Assembly: GCA_009885395.1 (NCBI GenBank)
Contig: VFKT01000205.1
Location: forward strand, 1-37,719
Direction of reading: 5' to 3'
Origin: Deltaproteobacteria bacterium
GTDB taxonomy: Bacteria > Desulfobacterota > Binatia > UBA12015
DNA length: 37,719 nt
Made by a program: the position numbers and the translations under genes
In this document: piece by piece, positions 34,359-37,719 of the stretch
Numbering within the stretch: position 1 is the first letter of the stretch
Layout of the letters: the number at the start of each line of letters is the position of its first letter
Notes under the pieces: model-generated
The model's input: the letters and a program-made list of their open reading frames with translations, nothing else
Told to the model about the DNA's origin: nothing
The model's database searches: none

Positions 34359-36210
34359 GTTGATCGGTGTCGCGCAGGACAAAGCAGCGCACCTCGAGCA
34401 CTGCCGCCCGCCCCTCCTCAAGGAGCGTTGTAAATGCGGCCCTCATCTCGTCTGGATTACCAGCCTGCGCGTGCGCCACACCATACGCCCGACACACATC
34501 GCCAATCGGGATTCGTGGAGGTGTCTGAAAAAAGCGCTGCCAATCGGCCGGCGCGACCTGCTGCGCCATCTCAAGACTGTCAAAAATTCGGCCGCCGCCG
34601 TTTTCAAGCACAATGATCAACGCCGGAACCTTGATCTGGGAAGCCAGCAGCAATGCTCCGGCATCATGAAAAAAGGCGACGTCGCCGATCAATCCGATGA
34701 CCGGTCCGGGGCCGCCTGCGGCCTCGCCGAGAATCCCCGCAATCGCGCCGTCGATGCCATTGGCGCCGCGCTGTGAAAGCACCCGCTCCGGGACGCGCCC
34801 ACGCGGCCAGCTCCGGTTCGCCACCCGAACCGCCAGGCTGTTGCCTAGGTGCAAAATCGCCTTGTCGGGCCAGGCCCCGGCCAGCACCCGCACCACCGCG
34901 TCTTCATCAAATACCGCAGCGATGGCTCTCTCCTGGTGCTTCTGGCGAGTCGCGCGGCCGAGGCGGATCCAGGCTTCCCGCCAGCGCAAGCGGGTCTGCC
35001 GGGCCGCTGTGGCTATCGGGGCGACGCCCACGTCTGCCTCATGACGGATGCGCGCCGCGAGTGCGAGACAAAGATCCGCAAGGTCGCCGGCAAGAATGAG
35101 TTCCGTCAATCCATCCGGATCGACACAGCGGCCGTCGGCACTCAAGCGAATATGCAGAGCGTCGTCAAGCGTGGCAAGCCAGCTCCAGGTGGGCCTGCCT
35201 AGTGGGGCCTCACCGATATGCAGCACAACATCGGGTCGTCCGGGTAGGTCGGCCGTCGGTTGGTCCAGGAGAAGGTCGTACGCCTCGACGATTCGTTGAT
35301 TGACCTGATCGCCACCAAGATTCGACACCAGATCCGCGAGACACGGTGCCTCGAGAGCCTGGCAGAGCGCGGCCAGCGCCGCTCGCACCCGTCCGGCCTC
35401 GCCCGGGTCGGCGATGTCGAAGGCTCCCGCGACGACCATCGGCGCTCGCGCCTGCGCGAGCCGCTCCGCGATTTCATCCAAACCGCCAGGCTCGGGCAGC
35501 GCCGGGGCGCGAAGATGTATTGTCCACGCGGCGGCCGAATCACGTCTTCCCTTTGACGACAACTCCGCAGCAGCACCACTTCCTCTACCAACGAGCGGTT
35601 CCCGGAAAGGAAGATTGATGTGCACCGGCCCATGCCCACCTGGTCCGGCAAGAGCCTCATGCAGTGCACGGGCGATGGTCGAGCGCAGCCAACGTTCGGC
35701 GCCCTTATGATCTGGCTCGAAAACCCCGGTATCGACAAACCAGCGCACGAAGCGACCATAGAACCGCTGCTGGTCGATGGTCTGGGCTGCGGCGCGATGC
35801 TGCAGTTCGGGCGGGCGATCCGCCGACAGCACGACCAGCGGCAAACTGGCGCCGTCGGCTTCGACCACCGCTGGCATGAGATGCGCCAATGCCGAGCCAG
35901 AGGTGCAAACCACGGCAACCGGCCGATGGGTGCGGCGGGCCAGGCCGAGAGCGAAAAAACCAGAAGTCCGTTCGTCCAGAATAGCAAAGGCCTGGGCCCG
36001 GGTGCCAGCGCAAGCATGAGCGATGGCCAGCGCAAGTGGCGCCGAGCGCGCCCCCGGCGAGATACAGAATTCGCGCACGCCGGCGCGCAATAATTCGTCG
36101 ACAACGACCCTCGCCGCGTATTCAGCTGGTGCGAGCGGTCGCGTCAAGCGCTTGACAAGCGCCGTGGCAGAAGGACAAGCCACCCCGGGCGCACCAGCAT
36201 CGGCTATCAC
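34345..36210 (-). CDS. menD: 2-succinyl-5-enolpyruvyl-6-hydroxy-3-cyclohexene-1-carboxylate synthase (ThDP enzyme)
   Basis: VVVDELLRAGVREFCISPGARSAPLALA, VCTSGSALAHLMPAVVEA, LSADRPPEL and the ThDP motif LIGDVAFFHD...IIVLENGGGRIF are present. Start is GTG 36210 (10 nt after the menF stop) or GTG 36228 (overlapping it). Confidence 0.85.
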   Translation of the reverse strand: MIADAGAPGVACPSATALVKRLTRPLAPAEYAARVVVDELLRAGVREFCISPGARSAPLALAIAHACAGTRAQAFAILDERTSGFFALGLARRTHRPVAVVCTSGSALAHLMPAVVEADGASLPLVVLSADRPPELQHRAAAQTIDQQRFYGRFVRWFVDTGVFEPDHKGAERWLRSTIARALHEALAGPGGHGPVHINLPFREPLVGRGSGAAAELSSKGRRDSAAAWTIHLRAPALPEPGGLDEIAERLAQARAPMVVAGAFDIADPGEAGRVRAALAALCQALEAPCLADLVSNLGGDQVNQRIVEAYDLLLDQPTADLPGRPDVVLHIGEAPLGRPTWSWLATLDDALHIRLSADGRCVDPDGLTELILAGDLADLCLALAARIRHEADVGVAPIATAARQTRLRWREAWIRLGRATRQKHQERAIAAVFDEDAVVRVLAGAWPDKAILHLGNSLAVRVANRSWPRGRVPERVLSQRGANGIDGAIAGILGEAAGGPGPVIGLIGDVAFFHDAGALLLASQIKVPALIIVLENGGGRIFDSLEMAQQVAPADWQRFFQTPPRIPIGDVCRAYGVAHAQAGNPDEMRAAFTTLLEEGRAAVLEVRCFVLRDTDQHGGA

Positions 36211-36220
36211 GCCGGCCCCG

Positions 36221-37648
36221 TCAGACACTCGACGCACCCGCTGCAAGCTCCGACAGCAGAAGAGCGTCGAGCATCGGTGCCAGCTTGGCGCGGGTCTCGT
36301 CCCATTCCCGTTCCGGATCGGATCCCTCGACGATCCCCGCCCCCGCCCAGAGCCAGGCCTCGCATCCGCGCAGCAGCCCGCAACGCAGCGGCACCGCGAC
36401 CTGCGCCTGATCGCCAAAAAGTGCAGCGACGCCCCCGGCGTACCAACCTCGCGCGGCGATATCGACCGTCGCCAGGAGATCGAGAGCGGCCTGGCGCGGA
36501 ACGCCGCCGGTCGCAGGGGTCGGGTGCAGCCTTTCGGCCACCTCAAAAGCATCCACTCCGGCACGCAGATCCGCGCGCAGCGAGGTCACCAAATGGGTCA
36601 GCGCACCGAAGTGACGAGCCACCGGTGTTGGCTCGCGTTCGAGCCGAACCACGAGCGGGGAGATGGCCGCAGAAATACCTGCGACGACGAGTTCATGTTC
36701 CCAGCGGTCCTTGATTGAACTCTGCAAGGCCTCGGCATTGGAGGCCCCAAAGGCCGTGCCTGCGATCGCCTCGAAGCGGGCCTCACGTCCGCGCAGATCG
36801 AGCAAATGTTCGGGTGTACTTCCCAGAAATGTACCGTTACCGAAGGCAACCGCAAAGGTCGTGCAGCCCGATTGCCGGGCGCGCAATCGACGCAGCACCG
36901 CGACGGGATCAGGCGGCTCGGTGAGCGCAACCCGCTGGCGCCGCGCCAATACCGCCTTCTGAAGACGCCCCTCTTTGATCGCCTGCAGCACGACCTCGAT
37001 CGATTGGCGCCAACGTTGGTTTTCGAGAACGACCGTTGAGGAATCTTCGCCGATGGGCTCATACGGGGCTCGGCCCGCCCTGCGTGGCTCTGCCCCGGGC
37101 CGGGTCCCATGGCCCTGCGCCACGCGGACCGATTCTTTGGCAACCAACGCGGAGCGCGCCTGCAGCGCGTCGCAAAGCCCGTCCAGACCCTGAGCGCCGA
37201 TTGAGATCAACCGCGTCGAGCCGCCAACGCGTTGCAGAGTCAGGCGTGGAACCCAGAACCGCGCCGCAGGAAATCCCTGCCAAGGTTCCTCCGCGATGTG
37301 GTCTGCCCGGAAGGCGAACCCGCCAACCAAGGGCAGCTCGATACCGGCAACGCCCATTATCACTTCGAACGCCTGGCGAATGCGTGCCAGCCGGTCGGAG
37401 CCCGATGCCTCGCAGCACCAGACCTCGCCCACCCCAGCTACGGCCTGTCCCCCGGCGGGATTCTCCATAAAGAAGTGGGGCGCCTCATCCGGGTGGAGTT
37501 CAAGCAAAGCAAGCGCATCTACCGATTGCGGCAATTCGCGCACGCAGACCTCGAGATGTCCAGGCCCCGCAAGGTGTTCGGCCGAGTGGTCCGAAAATTC
37601 GCGGGAAAGCAAAACGGCAGCCGCCAGCCCGCCGGGAGGATTCCTCAT
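36221..37648 (-). CDS. menF: isochorismate synthase
   Basis: Chorismate-binding signatures: FLGSTPEHLL, EAIAGT, KDRWEHELVV, ERLHPTPATGGVP, RGWYAGGVA and AGAGIVEGSDPEREWDET. GAGG lies before ATG 37648. Confidence 0.9.
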   Translation of the reverse strand: MRNPPGGLAAAVLLSREFSDHSAEHLAGPGHLEVCVRELPQSVDALALLELHPDEAPHFFMENPAGGQAVAGVGEVWCCEASGSDRLARIRQAFEVIMGVAGIELPLVGGFAFRADHIAEEPWQGFPAARFWVPRLTLQRVGGSTRLISIGAQGLDGLCDALQARSALVAKESVRVAQGHGTRPGAEPRRAGRAPYEPIGEDSSTVVLENQRWRQSIEVVLQAIKEGRLQKAVLARRQRVALTEPPDPVAVLRRLRARQSGCTTFAVAFGNGTFLGSTPEHLLDLRGREARFEAIAGTAFGASNAEALQSSIKDRWEHELVVAGISAAISPLVVRLEREPTPVARHFGALTHLVTSLRADLRAGVDAFEVAERLHPTPATGGVPRQAALDLLATVDIAARGWYAGGVAALFGDQAQVAVPLRCGLLRGCEAWLWAGAGIVEGSDPEREWDETRAKLAPMLDALLLSELAAGASSV

Positions 37649-37719
37649 GGCTGCCTCGCCATGCCGGTCGCACTTAGAATTTGAGCGGCGCCAAAGAGCA
37701 GGACTTCGCGCCGCACATC

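Noticed and set aside
1-37719. Search for tRNA, rRNA, riboswitches (especially B12 near the CblC-like gene), transposases, integrases, toxin-antitoxin pairs and known defence genes
   Set aside because: No T-loop/anticodon-arm-like structures or conserved riboswitch cores were seen in the intergenic regions. No helicase, nuclease, ATPase, RT or Cas-like ORFs were found apart from the lone DEDD exonuclease. This was a visual inspection only, so small ncRNAs cannot be excluded.

Overview
High-GC (about 65-68% by eye) chromosomal segment from a Gram-negative-type bacterium (MlaA/VacJ, a BamE-like lipoprotein and ApaH are present). I cannot assign a taxon from the sequence alone. I support about 36 protein-coding genes. 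I found no rRNA, tRNA, CRISPR array, transposase, integrase or phage gene.

Layout:
- 1-10 kb: aldehyde dehydrogenase (5' end outside the window), a small HExxH ORF, an SMP-30-type lactonase, a stand-alone PolB-type DEDD 3'-5' exonuclease, a DUF3445 protein, a SAM methyltransferase, MlaA, a small acidic secreted protein, an AidB-like acyl-CoA dehydrogenase remnant, an unknown 359-aa protein and an MMACHC/CblC-like protein.
- 10-14.6 kb: DoxX, an MFS transporter, an acyl-CoA ligase and a B12-binding radical-SAM-like ORF that lacks the radical-SAM core.
- 14.8-19.4 kb: xylB sandwiched between two TauE/SafE permeases, then apaH and yqeY.
- 19.4-28.7 kb: an envelope/secretome-rich stretch holding a Cys-rich secreted protein with a GC dip, a TPR protein, a hexapeptide acyltransferase, two methyltransferases, a lipoprotein, a PKD-like secreted protein, a tail-anchored coiled-coil protein and a 508-aa secreted protein.
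- 28.7-37.6 kb (minus strand): a complete classical menaquinone operon, menF-D-H-B-A-C-E, with overlapping start/stop codons.

I do not recognise any known defence system or an unambiguous new multi-gene system. The most unusual items are two apparently in-frame-deleted gene remnants, an 18-bp tandem array carrying CACGCGTG palindromes in a divergent promoter region, a duplicated doxX 3' end, the tauE-xylB-tauE arrangement, and the uncharacterised secreted proteins, one of which is appended to the men operon. All family assignments come from motif recognition by eye and from memory, not from database searches.
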